The notes under the pieces were generated by a model. The model ran no database searches. It was not told the DNA's origin and worked only from the letters and a program-made list of their open reading frames with translations. A DNA stretch of 64,000 bases from the NCBI GenBank assembly GCA_048013815.1, contig CM106585.1:17856001-17920000 (forward strand), written 5' to 3'. The translations under genes were made by a program, and so were the position numbers. Of the stretch, positions 20,858 to 31,462 are shown piece after piece (positions within the stretch are counted from its first letter, which is position 1; the number at the start of each line of letters is the position of its first letter). The stretch comes from Setoptus koraiensis. Its lineage: Eukaryota; Animalia; Arthropoda.

Positions 20858-21540
20858 GATCATTGGTCCTCCCCGGCGATATCTGGCTGATTAGCGACAG
20901 GGAGCTCGCCAGTCTGCCTGCGTACTGTTGCGAATTGCTGCACTGATCGGCCCGACAATGGGGCCCCACCAAGAATGTAACAGCTCGATCCAACCAACTG
21001 AGGCATACTGCGATATTATGCGATTTTCTCTCTGCTCGCATTTGGGTACTCACCTTGTGTGGCTTTACCATCTCTCGTGCTAAATAAATCTTGCTGCAAA
21101 TAATGTGAATTCTTTAAAATTGAATTAAACTCAGTCGTGACAGAAAGTCACGAATCTGTTTTCAGTTTGCAAGTCGTAAGTAGATTGGGCTCGATAGTGG
21201 GACATTCCGCTACTCTCACCGAATGGGTGGCTTCTGTATCGTTGAACAACAAGCGACAAGCTGAGGTTGCCGTGGTCCATGTTCTGAGATCGTTCCACAA
21301 GGATTGAGGCCCATTGACACACTGAGCGATTAAAAAACAAGTAGGCACACTATCGGACGCCGTAGAGAACGAAGGCCTTTCGAGTAAGATTTGCGCCTCG
21401 CCGGCGCCAAACTTAGGTTGCAACCGTCATTTTCTTTTTCATTCGGCTACTTGTCCCGCATTGAGCTGATAATGTCACAAGCTGGCCTGCAAGGATGAGG
21501 CGTCGTGCTTGTGACCTTTTGCATTGCACTTCCATATTGG
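20858..21540 (+). pseudogene. Decayed helicase copy forming the shared SPH 3' flank (also 11748-12250, 14834-15340, 18516-19030)
   Basis: The same ~450-500 bp follows SPH3, 4, 5 and 6. It translates to DIWLISDRE...GFTISRAK and continues here to SSKICAS and ACDLLHCTS. Confidence 0.65.
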
Positions 21541-21749
21541 GCGGACAAAAGAATGATAAACATGCTGAATAAGTGCTTCAGCAGGGTAGCGAAATAAAAT
21601 TGTCATTCTCTCCTAGCGTTCCTCAAACAAGCACCAAGTCAATATTCCAGTAAATTGAACATGCAAGTATTGATCTTCTGATTGTGTTACTCTGATAGCG
21701 AAAATTATAATTTTGCAATCTTACAAGATCTTGTTAGCACAACTACCAA

Positions 21750-24104
21750 ATGGATCCCACAACAAATGCAATTCTTCTGTCATTTCGGCCAAACATTCTG
21801 ATCAATCAATCCAACGGGGAAATAGAGCAATTGCAATTCGATGACTGCGAAGCGAACTCAATCGACCTCGAGACACTGGAGCCCATTCTCAAGTCAGCCC
21901 CGAATCTCAGATTACTCAAACTTACAAATCGGAATGGAGAGAACCTTGTCAAAAGAATAGGGCCCGATGCTCACTACATCATCACAGACAATTGTCCGAA
22001 ATTGACCAGTCTCGACGTGTCTGGTGTCTCGATCGCTCCAACTGAGCTCTCTTCGATTATAAAGAAATGTAATCAAATAAAAACACTGAAAGTATCTGAA
22101 ACTAAATTGGATGATCCGGAAGATCTGAAAGTTCTCAGACGTGCCGGCTATACAGACAGACGTATACAAATCACTTTGGCAGCAGAAAGTGGAGCCGAAA
22201 CATCGAAAGAGGAAACTCAATTGACGGATGAACTGTCATCCCTTCATGGCTGTGATTGGCTTAAAAGAGACCTTAGTGACTTTGATCAAACAGTGACAGA
22301 AATAGAATGGGGTGATGTTTCGAATGGATGTTACAAAGATTGCATCGCGTCAATGAAAATAGATGAATCGTTCCTTCAAGATTTAGACAAACACTCCGAG
22401 TTGGAATTGCTTCAATGCAATCGAGTTGGCGAGGCAATATGGTCAGAAGTTTGTTGGTTCTATCGTTGCGATCATCCAAGTTCTAGCGGCCATCTCTGCG
22501 TTGTATTCAAGAATGTACCAGACAACTTCACAACATATTACATGCATAACGTATCGAAGCGACCTGAATGTATATTCAAATTAACTAATCTCAAGCTTCA
22601 CAGAATACATCTAAAAAAGAGAGATACTCTGAATGCACTTGAACGAATTTCTTTTGACTATCTGTTGCGTTCAATTATTCTTGCAAAAGGAGATAAATTC
22701 AATACGTTAGGAAGAAGAAACACATTGATATCTGCATCGATAGACAAGGCGATGTTAGACAATGATCTTAGTCCGCTCAATGGTGATCAGATTAAGGCAA
22801 TCAGAAACTCATTGTGCAGTAGAATCAGTCTAATCATGGGACCTCCTGGTACAGGCAAGACTTACACTTCAGCCTTGTTGGCTCTCAAATTATTCAAGAC
22901 GAGAATCTCTAGAAACTCTAAGATACTTATTTGTGCATCAAGTGATGCAGCCATCGATAGCATCGCAGATTTGATCCATGAAAACGGGCAGCTCACACTG
23001 GTTAAGTTCGGTGATGGGATCAATTCGAAACCCTATTGCCTGCATGTGGCTCTACGAAGCATGGCAGATCACGGCGAACAATGTAGCGAAGAACTGTGGG
23101 AGGGTCTCAAGAGGATCATTCTGAAGGAGAGGCAGGTGATTTGTTGCACTTGTAATAATATTCCTGATTTGATCTCATACGGTCCCTTCATATTTGATTC
23201 TGTGATTCTCGATGATTGCTATCAGACCGATCTGACTGAAGGCCTGCTAGTTCTGCAAACATTGCCAAGACGTATTGTGCTTGTGGGTGAAGACTATCGA
23301 CCGATTGAAGGAACTCTCCACAGCAAAGTCATAGGTGCAGGTTTCAAGCCGTCCAAGTTATATAAGCAATACCGAATGCATCCAGATATGGCATTTTTTC
23401 GTACAGAATTATTTCTTGATCAAGGTGTGATGACAGACGGCATCTACTCAAGCGACAGGCAATGGACAGGCAGAAAAGGCGAATCTCCATTCCCCAGCAC
23501 CGACAGGCCCATTTATTTTCACTGCCACAATTCGGAGGAAAGCTCGAGAGATGGAGGGATGTCATGGATCAATGAAGGAGAAGTTGTCCATGTTGTGGCC
23601 ACAATCCAAGTTTTACTCTCGAGAGGTGTCAAGAGCAGTGAGATTGGGGTAATAACTTTTTTTGAGGATCAAAGGAATATCATCAGAGACCGAACGATGT
23701 CAATAGACTCCAAGGGAGAGATGAGCAAAAGGGACAGCTCAGCCGATCATATTGATTGTGGGATTGATTTGGATCAAAAGATGAGTCCAAATGACAAAAT
23801 TATTATAGACGATGTCATAGATGTGGACACTGTTGACGCTTTCCGAAATCGCGACAAAAACTACATCATCGTGTCATTTGTTAGATCAAAAGAGTGCTCT
23901 GATTTCATCACTAAGCTGAATGTTCGGAATGTGGTGCTAACTCGAGCCAAGTACGGTCTCATTTTCATTGGCAACGCGGTCGCTTTATCCAGCAGTCCCC
24001 TGCTAAAATCGTTTATAAAAACTTGTTCCGATTGGGGCCTGCTTTACTCAGAATTGTTATCGAAAAAGTCTCAGCCTGTCAAATTAGCTAAACTCATGAA
24101 GTGA
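21750..24104 (+). CDS. LRR-like N-terminus + UPF1-like helicase with degenerate ATPase motifs (784 aa); close paralogue of 1633-4029
   Basis: GPPGTGKT, DDCYQ (23211-23225), VGED, QYRMHPDM, TFFEDQ, TVDAFRNRD and LTRAKYG in one ORF. Confidence 0.9.
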   Translation: MDPTTNAILLSFRPNILINQSNGEIEQLQFDDCEANSIDLETLEPILKSAPNLRLLKLTNRNGENLVKRIGPDAHYIITDNCPKLTSLDVSGVSIAPTELSSIIKKCNQIKTLKVSETKLDDPEDLKVLRRAGYTDRRIQITLAAESGAETSKEETQLTDELSSLHGCDWLKRDLSDFDQTVTEIEWGDVSNGCYKDCIASMKIDESFLQDLDKHSELELLQCNRVGEAIWSEVCWFYRCDHPSSSGHLCVVFKNVPDNFTTYYMHNVSKRPECIFKLTNLKLHRIHLKKRDTLNALERISFDYLLRSIILAKGDKFNTLGRRNTLISASIDKAMLDNDLSPLNGDQIKAIRNSLCSRISLIMGPPGTGKTYTSALLALKLFKTRISRNSKILICASSDAAIDSIADLIHENGQLTLVKFGDGINSKPYCLHVALRSMADHGEQCSEELWEGLKRIILKERQVICCTCNNIPDLISYGPFIFDSVILDDCYQTDLTEGLLVLQTLPRRIVLVGEDYRPIEGTLHSKVIGAGFKPSKLYKQYRMHPDMAFFRTELFLDQGVMTDGIYSSDRQWTGRKGESPFPSTDRPIYFHCHNSEESSRDGGMSWINEGEVVHVVATIQVLLSRGVKSSEIGVITFFEDQRNIIRDRTMSIDSKGEMSKRDSSADHIDCGIDLDQKMSPNDKIIIDDVIDVDTVDAFRNRDKNYIIVSFVRSKECSDFITKLNVRNVVLTRAKYGLIFIGNAVALSSSPLLKSFIKTCSDWGLLYSELLSKKSQPVKLAKLMK

Positions 24105-24316
24105 ATCATTTTTATTCGGTGATAGCTGTTTCGTTAACGAAAACACTTAAATAAATCAGACATACATCGGACACTCATTCGAGTCATACCTCGCGACTAA
24201 ATTCAGTCGAGTCGCATTCGGTCCTTATTGTTGTTACCTTTTTCCTAATTCAATCGAGCTTTGTACGTTGCGTTGCCATCTCTTGTAGTTTAACTCGCTT
24301 GTAGTCAGTTCGTGAC

Positions 24317-25719
24317 GTGTGCGTTGATTCAAATATAATCATCTTGTTGTTCTTTCGGCTAACTTCGGACCCATATTATAGCCGAGTTGAGAATCATCTT
24401 GACTTCAGACTAGATGATGACTACTGTGGCTTCAGGGCGAAATATCATCGTTATGTCGAATCCACTCGTCTCTGTCTTGTTGAAAACCAAATATCAGAGG
24501 GGGAAGTTCAGTTGAGTTCTAAATTATCATTCCAAAATGGTTGCCTGACCCTTGATTGAGGAACGCCAATGGGAAGAGAAAGAGCTAGAATGCAATCGTG
24601 CTGCCGCCACATGTCATAATCGAATGTATGCCAACTATTGGGCTGAAATCAACAAATATGAACTCGGCTACTAATAATTAGTGACTAATTTACTCATGAT
24701 AATTAAAAAATTTCGCCCAGTTGGAGTCGTTTGAAAAAGATTGGCATGTCGAAACTATGTGGTGATGTGTATCGCCAGACCATGTTGCAGTCAATGTTGT
24801 GGGCTAAAGCTCCTTCAAAAGGAAGCAGCCAACAAAATTCTCAATGCAATCGAACAAGTATGATTATGGGACAATCAGGCACAGGTAAAACCTTCACATC
24901 GGCTACATTGGCATAACAAATATTTCGAACACGACAATCAAAAAACGCAAACATGCTCATTTGTCCAACAGGTAAATAAAGCTGTAGATAATGTTGCTGA
25001 CAAGATCAGAGGGCAGGGGCAATTGAGTGTGGTCAGAAAAAGTTCTGAGTGCGACATACGCATTCGAAAACTCCTCTTGATGGATATGGTCGGGATCGAT
25101 GAAAACGCTTAGACAGGACATATTAACTATTGAGTTTGGCAAGTTAAACCGTTCAGTGCGGATGCTCGATTAGTTACAAGGAAATAGAAGGAGGCTCAGA
25201 TGGAGTTTCGAAGAGCGCTTGCAAAAAAGAAATCAACGAAATAATTCAAATGTCATTTGTTGCCCATGTGGTGGCATTTCTAGATTGATTAGCAACGGAG
25301 CATATTTACTGGACTCTAGAGTACGTCATCGTGGTGCATTTATGAATGAAAGACTCCAATAGTAGAGTGATAGCTCGTCTACGACGTTGTGATCTTGAAT
25401 AGAATAGATCAAGTAGACGTTTTACACTGTTGACGCGCATGCAAACCAACCTGAAGCCCAACGTACCGTAATAAATCTTTGGGCTGATCGTTGTTGAGAG
25501 CAAGAGTTGATTGGGTTTTTACTAACAGTTGATCACGCAACGTTTTTCAGTAGAAAAAAAAAATATTGCCGCTTTCAGCCTGAGAGTGCGATAGTTGCCA
25601 ATTGAAAAATATCTTATTACCATCAGCCCTGAAAACAAGCAAGTAGAGAGTGGATTGGTTTGTTGTTGAGCAGACTTTTGGATAGATCCGTAGACAGAAG
25701 ACTTTCGACATCCGAAAAG
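24317..25719 (+). pseudogene. Decayed helicase copy leading into SPH7
   Basis: SEGEVQLSSKLSFQNG; MIMGQSGTGKTFTSATLA at ~24860; then the same C-terminal relic and leader as the other SPHs. Confidence 0.75.
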
Positions 25720-26802
25720 ATGGCTTTCTCGCTTTTGCAGAAACTTCTATTTGGCGCAACGTGTCTCTCATTGGCAGTATTAGTTTTGACACCTGATGAA
25801 CAAATTGCAACAAGTGCCGCAGAACATTTCGGACGAACGCACAGGACGGAATATGGCGATATTGAGTTTGACAAGGCGAAAAAACATATCAAATCACCAG
25901 TGGCTCGAGGGGTGCGAGGCAAAAAAAAGGGCGCGTCACATTGGCTTTCTGATGACGGTGATGCTGTCACTTGTGGTGTAAATCCGAATGCCGTTCCTGA
26001 TTTATTTGTTCCGAGTAATCCCCACACCAATATAGGCAACGAAAGAATTATGCGAGGCGACGAGGCAGCAGGGCTATTTCCTTGGCTAGTGTTTATTGGA
26101 AGTCGAATCTTTGATGGATCCTTTCGAATAAAGTGTGGTGGCACAATCATATTTAAGCAAATTGTTCTGACGGCCGCCAATTGTCTAACGAGCGATGGCA
26201 TTGTAGTCGTTGCCAACATGTTTGATATAACTAAACCATTGCAACCTTACGAACAGTTGAGAAGAATCAAAAAAGCTGTACGACACGACAAAGCGGGTGT
26301 AGCATTGCTCCTGTTGGAGGCACCATTACACTGGACGGATAATGTCAGACCCGCTTGCCTGCCGCCACGGTCAGGGGAGGGAAGCCATTTTGATCCATTC
26401 GACCTAGGAACGCAAGTCACTGTAGCAGGCTGGGGAGCTGTCGATCGCAACGCGGACGACGGACCATCCTACCCAATTACACTGAGGGCCACTGTTGTGT
26501 CAATCATGGATGAACAATTTTGCCTTGATAATCTCAACAATGGCACTATAAAATTGTATGATCATTCAGTAAATTTTTGTTCACATCAATCGTCCAAGCA
26601 TCCGGTGAATGCACCGGTTTTTGCCTGCGAGGGTGATTTAGGAGGACCGGCGTTATTTGTCAGGAACGGTCGGTGGGAAATTAAGGGCATAATCACTGCG
26701 GCGCGGTGCAAAGGCCCAATCGTTTATGCGAGGGTGAATATTTTATTGGACTGGATACAAGATTTTGTCGTATCCCTGGATCGACAGACAGTCTCTCAGT
26801 AG
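25720..26802 (+). CDS. Secreted serine protease homologue SPH7 (all three catalytic residues lost)
   Basis: Same leader; NER|IMRG; His->N (TAANC); Asp->G (AGVALL); Ser195->L (GDLGGP). Confidence 0.9.
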   Translation: MAFSLLQKLLFGATCLSLAVLVLTPDEQIATSAAEHFGRTHRTEYGDIEFDKAKKHIKSPVARGVRGKKKGASHWLSDDGDAVTCGVNPNAVPDLFVPSNPHTNIGNERIMRGDEAAGLFPWLVFIGSRIFDGSFRIKCGGTIIFKQIVLTAANCLTSDGIVVVANMFDITKPLQPYEQLRRIKKAVRHDKAGVALLLLEAPLHWTDNVRPACLPPRSGEGSHFDPFDLGTQVTVAGWGAVDRNADDGPSYPITLRATVVSIMDEQFCLDNLNNGTIKLYDHSVNFCSHQSSKHPVNAPVFACEGDLGGPALFVRNGRWEIKGIITAARCKGPIVYARVNILLDWIQDFVVSLDRQTVSQ

Positions 26803-26839
26803 AGCCATAGTTTTCGGTTGTATATTTTATGAGGAGAAG

Positions 26840-27700
26840 AATCATCGTCGATCGATTCTCTATAGAAAAACAGTTGGAATCGTTGCCCGATGCCACCCTG
26901 TGATGCAACTTCAACTCTTATATCGAGCCCGATCGTTGATGCCATAGATGAGACCACATGTATAACTAAAATTAGCAAGCTATATACTCTAAATCAAAGT
27001 TATACAACTGTTGCGGGAATTCTAAACATTTCACACACCATTTTGTTGTGAAGGGGCTGTCCCACCAAACTACTTCCCGGATCAAGAGATTAAGCTCTTG
27101 CATCTAGTTTTATTGGCGATAGAAAATGATCAAATAAGACGCTGACCTCACGAAGATTGGAAACGCATTTGCCCTACTTAACTGTCCGTTGGAGAATTTG
27201 TTCTGTTCAAAGACTGTTCCACAAGAGGAACAGTTATTCACACACAACTGTTGTCAGAGAATGTCATACGAAATGTTTCGGTTAGCTCTAGCTTAACTAC
27301 TGTCGACGAAATGAATCATTCGGATTGCATCCACCTCAGCTCTTTGGGTACGGTATCCCGATAGAGATGCTTCTGTCGATGTGCCCACAATTGATACTCA
27401 CTACAGGGTCGTGAGAGAAACTATGTTGTTTTTCATCTGTTGGTTCAAGAGATTGTCCTGCTTGTAACTGTTTCGATTGGAGTATGTTGATTGGAGCGCT
27501 CAATCGAGCTAAATACGGTCTCAATAGAGATCGACGCTCGTAATTTCCCTGCGTTATAACATATTCGGAAAGGCATTGGCTTTATCGAGCGATCTATTTG
27601 TTGAACATGCTGATCGTAAACTGTTCCAATAGAGGCCTGTTGTACTAGAAATTGTAGTCATAAGAATCTTGATTAGTAACTTTAGATGAGTTATTGCTAG
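26840..27700 (+). pseudogene. Two consecutive decayed helicase C-terminal fragments
   Basis: ILYRKTVGIVARCHPVMQLQLLYR and IGNAFALLNCP (~27150); then QGRERNYVVF, LNRAKYGL and GKALALSS (~27360-27600). Confidence 0.7.
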
Positions 27701-28105
27701 AGGCTAATGTATTTTATCTTTTCAATCTGTGAGTCACTGATAAATAAATTCCAGTGATCATATTCATAAACGCGTCCCACTAAACTATCCGATTCTAGTT
27801 GTATTACATAACATACATTCAACAATAACCACGGATCAAATGATGACATTCACGCTTGCTCATTCTGAAGCGATTGACGAGCAAATTATCTCTCATCGAT
27901 TACATGATGTTTACAAAAGTGCGACTCCATTGTTGTCGTTTATCCTTCTGCAGGCCGCTCTTTTTAAACGTGACAGTAATACGAATCGACTCACGCTTAG
28001 ATGACTTGAGTCTTTCGGATTAAGTTTTTTGAGTGGGATAACTACGCATCCGTTCTGACTATAGCGGCAGCCACTTAGTGACGACGATTGTCTATTCCTT
28101 AGCTC

Positions 28106-30835
28106 ATGTTTTGTTTCAGTTCCATCAGACAGAATTTACACTTATTGTCATTGCATAGGCTATATTTCAACTCTTATCGAAATATCATTAGTATAATGGT
28201 GTTCGAAAAAAGGACTTGTTGGCTAGACCTGCTGCCCACAGAACTTCTGCTAATGATTTTGCGACACCTCGAAGACTATAGCGATCGTTATCATTTATCC
28301 TTGTTGTCAGACCGTCTCAATAGCGTAGTATATCAGTCTTATACAGTAGAACTATACTGTAGAACAGTGGAGAATTTGTCATTCGAAGGCTTCAAAGCAA
28401 ACTCTATGGACCTAGAAACACTGGAGCCGATCCTGAAAAGTGCCTCAAGACTCAGGTCTCTTAAACTAACCAATAGAGATGGACGCAATGTTATCAGAAG
28501 AATTGGACCAGATGGTCATTTTATTATTGCAGACAATTGTTCACAATTAACAAGTTTGGACGTGTCTGAGGTATCGATAGCTCCGTCCGAGCTCGCTTCA
28601 ATAATGAAAAAGTGTGACAAATTAAGAGTGTTAAAAATGATTAATACTCGACTGGATGATCAGCAAGAGATAATTGAGCGTCGGCCGTCAATACAAATTC
28701 AAAGATATGATTCTCTCCATGTTATTGATCAGAGACGTTGGCGTGACTTTTCCCGTTCTCATGTTGGACGATATACAATTTCTAGCTCTGAAAACTACCC
28801 AAAATCGATAGAGGAGATTCGTTTGCTGGATAATCTCTCATTTTATGACGATTGGTTCGAACACGATCGCATGGAATTGTATCAAAATTTTACGGAAATC
28901 AAATGGTCCAGATCCTTTGAAGGAAGTTACGAATGTTACACAGCGATGATAAAATTAGATCAGATCGATCAATCGTTCCTTCAAAATATCAATAGATACA
29001 CTGAGTTCGAATTGTCTGAACAGGATAAATTTTGTGCAAAAGTATGGTCAGCACGGGGGTGGCTTAATCATAACTTTTATTCCGGCCCTTGTAATAATAT
29101 AGATCGCAGGTATCATCGATTCCTGCACGTCGTCTTCAAAAATAGAGGTGGTATAAACGAAACTTGGAGTTACGTTAGATCCATGCCAACTGAGGGTTTA
29201 TTCACTATATCCAATGCCACTTTCCGAAACTTACATCAAATGAAGCATGACATATGGAGAAATGGACTCAAGCGAATTGCGGATGACTATCTACTTCGTT
29301 CGATTATTCTGGCTACTGAAAATGAATTCTCGACTTTCGAACACAGAAACATCCTCAAATCTGTTTCAGTCGACGATGCATTGTTGGAGGAAGAAGATCA
29401 GCTCAATGAGAGTCAGACAGATGCAATCAAATACTCCTTGTGCCATAGGGTCAGTTTGATCATGGGCCCGCCGGGAACAGGCAAGACATTTACTTCAGCA
29501 TCTGTGGCCTTGAAAATGTTTGAAACGAGGGCCAGTGAAAATTCAAAGATACTGATTTGTGCATCGAGTAATATCGCAGTCGACATTATAGCAGACAAGA
29601 TCTATGAGCTGAACCAACTTACAAGAATGGTTGAAATGGTTAGAATCAGTTCTGAGTACAACACGAAAAAACAGGACGGATATCTCAAGCCATACTATTT
29701 GGATAGTCTTTTATCTGGACAAATCCAATTCACCGATGACAACTATGACTACGGTGATGAAAATCATAGTTGGCGTGATGAGAAGCAAACGAAGAGGGAA
29801 CGCGTAAAAGAAATAATCGATGGATCAGATATGATTTTTTGCACTTGCAATAGTATCCCGAAGTTGATGAGCTATGGGTCCTATTTATTTGATTCCGTTA
29901 TTGTTGACGAATGCAGTCAAATCAGTGTCCCAGACGGTCTGTTACTACTGCAGTTTCTGCCAAGAAGAATTGTGCTTGTGGGCGACGACAACCAGTTAGG
30001 GCCTGTGATAAAGGACGCCCTGAAGAAGAAATACAACCCCTCAAATGCTGTTCTATACAACAAACTCAAAGATGTCGGTTTCACGCCAGTCATGTTGAAT
30101 ATTCAGTACCGAATGCATCCAGAAATAGCGCAATTTCCTAACAAGCATTTCTACGGAGGAAAGATAAAGAATGGCATTCAAGCAAGCGATAGGCGATGGA
30201 CAGGCACACAAAATAAGTGTCCATTCCCCAATCCTGATAAGCCAATTTATTTTCATTGTCACTACTCAGAGGAGTGCCAACGACATGGCTCTACATCATT
30301 GAGCAATGAGGGGGAAGCCGATATTGTTCTGGCCACACTTGAAGTTCTGCTCTCTAGAGGGACACAAAGGAGTGAGATTGGAGTGATAACGCCTTACAAA
30401 GATCAGAGTAGTCTAATTGCAAAAAAGATGAATTCTAGAGATTACAAGGAAAAGTTAACTATAAAAAAGTCTCCTGACGACATCATAGAGGTGGACACTG
30501 TTGACGCCTACCAAGGTCGTGACAAAAACTACATCATTGTCTCACTGGTCAGATCAAGAAACTGTTCTGGTTTCATTGCCGATAGGAAACGACTAAATGT
30601 GACGCTAACTCGAGCCAAATACGGTCTCATAATCATTGGAAACGCATTGGCCCTATTGAACAATCCATTAATGAATGCGCTGATTATGGACTGCTCCAGT
30701 AGGGCACTGCTGTATTCGGAAATTTTATCGGAAAAGTCTCGGCCTGTCACTCTAGATGTGCTGTTGTTGAGAGACCACGATATCTCACTTGCTGTGAGCT
30801 CGCTGCTCAGAGATCTTATGAATAAGTTGACTTAG
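28106..30835 (+). CDS. F-box + LRR + UPF1-like SF1B helicase with intact motifs (909 aa; alternative ATG at 28196)
   Basis: F-box LDLLPTELLLMILRHLEDYSDRYHLSLLSDRLNSVV; LRR-like CSQLTSLDVS and CDKLRVLKM; GPPGTGKT, DECSQ, GDDNQLGP, QYRMHPEI, ITPYKDQ, TVDAYQGRD, RLNVTLTRAKYG. Confidence 0.92.
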   Translation: MFCFSSIRQNLHLLSLHRLYFNSYRNIISIMVFEKRTCWLDLLPTELLLMILRHLEDYSDRYHLSLLSDRLNSVVYQSYTVELYCRTVENLSFEGFKANSMDLETLEPILKSASRLRSLKLTNRDGRNVIRRIGPDGHFIIADNCSQLTSLDVSEVSIAPSELASIMKKCDKLRVLKMINTRLDDQQEIIERRPSIQIQRYDSLHVIDQRRWRDFSRSHVGRYTISSSENYPKSIEEIRLLDNLSFYDDWFEHDRMELYQNFTEIKWSRSFEGSYECYTAMIKLDQIDQSFLQNINRYTEFELSEQDKFCAKVWSARGWLNHNFYSGPCNNIDRRYHRFLHVVFKNRGGINETWSYVRSMPTEGLFTISNATFRNLHQMKHDIWRNGLKRIADDYLLRSIILATENEFSTFEHRNILKSVSVDDALLEEEDQLNESQTDAIKYSLCHRVSLIMGPPGTGKTFTSASVALKMFETRASENSKILICASSNIAVDIIADKIYELNQLTRMVEMVRISSEYNTKKQDGYLKPYYLDSLLSGQIQFTDDNYDYGDENHSWRDEKQTKRERVKEIIDGSDMIFCTCNSIPKLMSYGSYLFDSVIVDECSQISVPDGLLLLQFLPRRIVLVGDDNQLGPVIKDALKKKYNPSNAVLYNKLKDVGFTPVMLNIQYRMHPEIAQFPNKHFYGGKIKNGIQASDRRWTGTQNKCPFPNPDKPIYFHCHYSEECQRHGSTSLSNEGEADIVLATLEVLLSRGTQRSEIGVITPYKDQSSLIAKKMNSRDYKEKLTIKKSPDDIIEVDTVDAYQGRDKNYIIVSLVRSRNCSGFIADRKRLNVTLTRAKYGLIIIGNALALLNNPLMNALIMDCSSRALLYSEILSEKSRPVTLDVLLLRDHDISLAVSSLLRDLMNKLT

Positions 30836-31462
30836 AAACAAATGGTACGCTTGTCAGAAGGTCCGAAAAACAGTCTTGCTTGCAACGGCAGATTCTTGTG
30901 TTTTTTCCTGTTTCATTTTCTGGTCGACACTTGCATCTCCAATAACTATTCAGTTGATTCGCTGTCACATTTTTGTTGCTCTCGTTTTTGTTCGACTCTT
31001 TGTTTTGACAACTTTCATCAATACTTGTATTACCATTGTATTTTTCGTGCAGATTATTTCGACTTTCTGTGCAATTCTTACCGAGGACAACCGAAGACAA
31101 GGCGACACAATGTCTGCACAGTGAGCGCCGTCAGATGAAAAACTATTTGCGACCACCCTTTAGATCAATGTGCGAAAGATGATCATTGATACTCGTTGAT
31201 AATGACATCGTAAGCACACATCGCAACCTTACATGATTGTGTGTCACCAAGCGACTCCCGCAAAGACGATCTTGATCTACTGTAGCTAACTACAACGGAG
31301 TACTAACTATTTATTTGACCTTGTCACGATGATATTGATCGATTCAAGCTAATTTTGAAATATTTTCGCGTTTGGAGCTCGTTCCATAATTGCATCACCT
31401 TTGCACAAAAGCAGAGATTGGTTAGAGTTACTAGTGAAAACGACATCATCAAGCTCATCAGC

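Noticed and set aside
1633-26802. Helicase next to trypsin-like protease suggested an endogenous RNA-virus polyprotein (nido-, flavi- or potyvirus-like).
   Set aside because: The helicase motifs and tail are UPF1-like. The proteases have signal peptides, eukaryotic S1A disulfides and zymogen sites. No RdRp or capsid sequence is visible.
31355-31462. Extended N-termini in the ORF track (31355, 4495, 6634, 10619, 13718, 17468, 19767, 25660, 54710).
   Set aside because: These use non-ATG starts, unlikely in a eukaryote. Downstream ATGs give proper signal or anchor sequences.
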